DNA from: Hydrolagus colliei
Lineage: Eukaryota
DNA length: 64,000 nucleotides
Direction: 5' to 3'
Assembly: GCA_035084275.1 (NCBI GenBank)
Contig: CM068743.1
Location: 74,400,001-74,464,000, forward strand
In this document: piece by piece, positions 63,612-64,000 of the stretch
Numbering within the stretch: position 1 is the stretch's first letter
Layout: each line of letters opens with the position of its first letter
Program-made: the position numbers and the translations under genes
The notes under the pieces: generated by a model
What the model was told of the DNA's origin: nothing
Seen by the model: the letters and a program-made list of their open reading frames with translations, nothing else
The model's database searches: none

Positions 63612-63990
63612 ACAATAATAATCCTTGTGAATGATATAGAGCCTTAGAATGTCGATTGCGATGTTTCAGAGCATGACACAGGATGTACTGTAAAATACTG
63701 TGATTGTCTGTGTTTTGAGGGCAAATGCAGCAGCCAGTTTCTTCGCAGCGATGTCCCACAAATAGCTATGAAGTGAGTGACTGGAGGATTGTTGGCCATT
63801 TTAGAGTAATGCCATGGGATTTTTAACTTGAACAGACAGACAGGACCTCAGTGTAACGTCTCAACTGAAGGTCAACCTTCAACAACGGTTCTCCCCCAGC
63901 AAAGCGTCAGCATAGACTATGTAGGTGCCAAGTCTCTTTGTATAAATTGAAATGACAACACAAACTTCTGACTCAAAGGCGAGAGAAACC
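63612..63990 (-). mobile_element. Old Deu-domain SINE, antisense
   Basis: (ATA)n tail, gtcccacaaatagc, tgccatgggattttt, cctcagtgtaacgtctca, ttctgactcaaaggcgaga. Confidence 0.7.
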
Positions 63991-64000
63991 ATTGGGATTA

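Noticed and set aside
58091-64000. Next PREX2 exon (expected to include a KRVCF...EDSGHDT-like peptide)
   Set aside because: No matching frame or splice sites were found by eye, so it probably lies beyond the window.

Overview
This is a 64-kb interior segment of a vertebrate PREX2 gene (PIP3/G-beta-gamma-activated Rac GEF) on the + strand. Sixteen GT-AG exons (1090..58090, 2059 coding nt) join in one open frame. They encode DEP1, DEP2, PDZ1, PDZ2 and the start of the IP4P-like region, and probably correspond to human exons 10-25 (numbering from memory). The repeat content points to a cartilaginous fish, probably a chimaera (inference): tRNA-derived SINEs with a DeuSINE-type tail, older Deu-domain SINEs, L2 and CR1 LINE 3' fragments and Penelope-like ends. 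No prokaryotic systems, CRISPR arrays or independent long ORFs are present, and the ORF-track entries I checked are exon or TE fragments. The most notable observations are five. (1) A 175-bp near-perfect inverted duplication sits inside a four-layer TE nest and preserves the pre-insertion empty site. (2) A foldback/MULE-like element has a 9-bp TSD, tandem-repeat TIRs and CCCTAA repeats. (3) Two ~100-nt Penelope-like fragments carry a minimal hammerhead-ribozyme core, both nested in SINEs. (4) Two PREX2 splice acceptors have pyrimidine tracts formed by SINE (TAT)n tails. (5) A CpG-rich hAT-type MITE has an 8-bp TSD. Exon and TSD coordinates were read base by base, while most TE boundaries are approximate.
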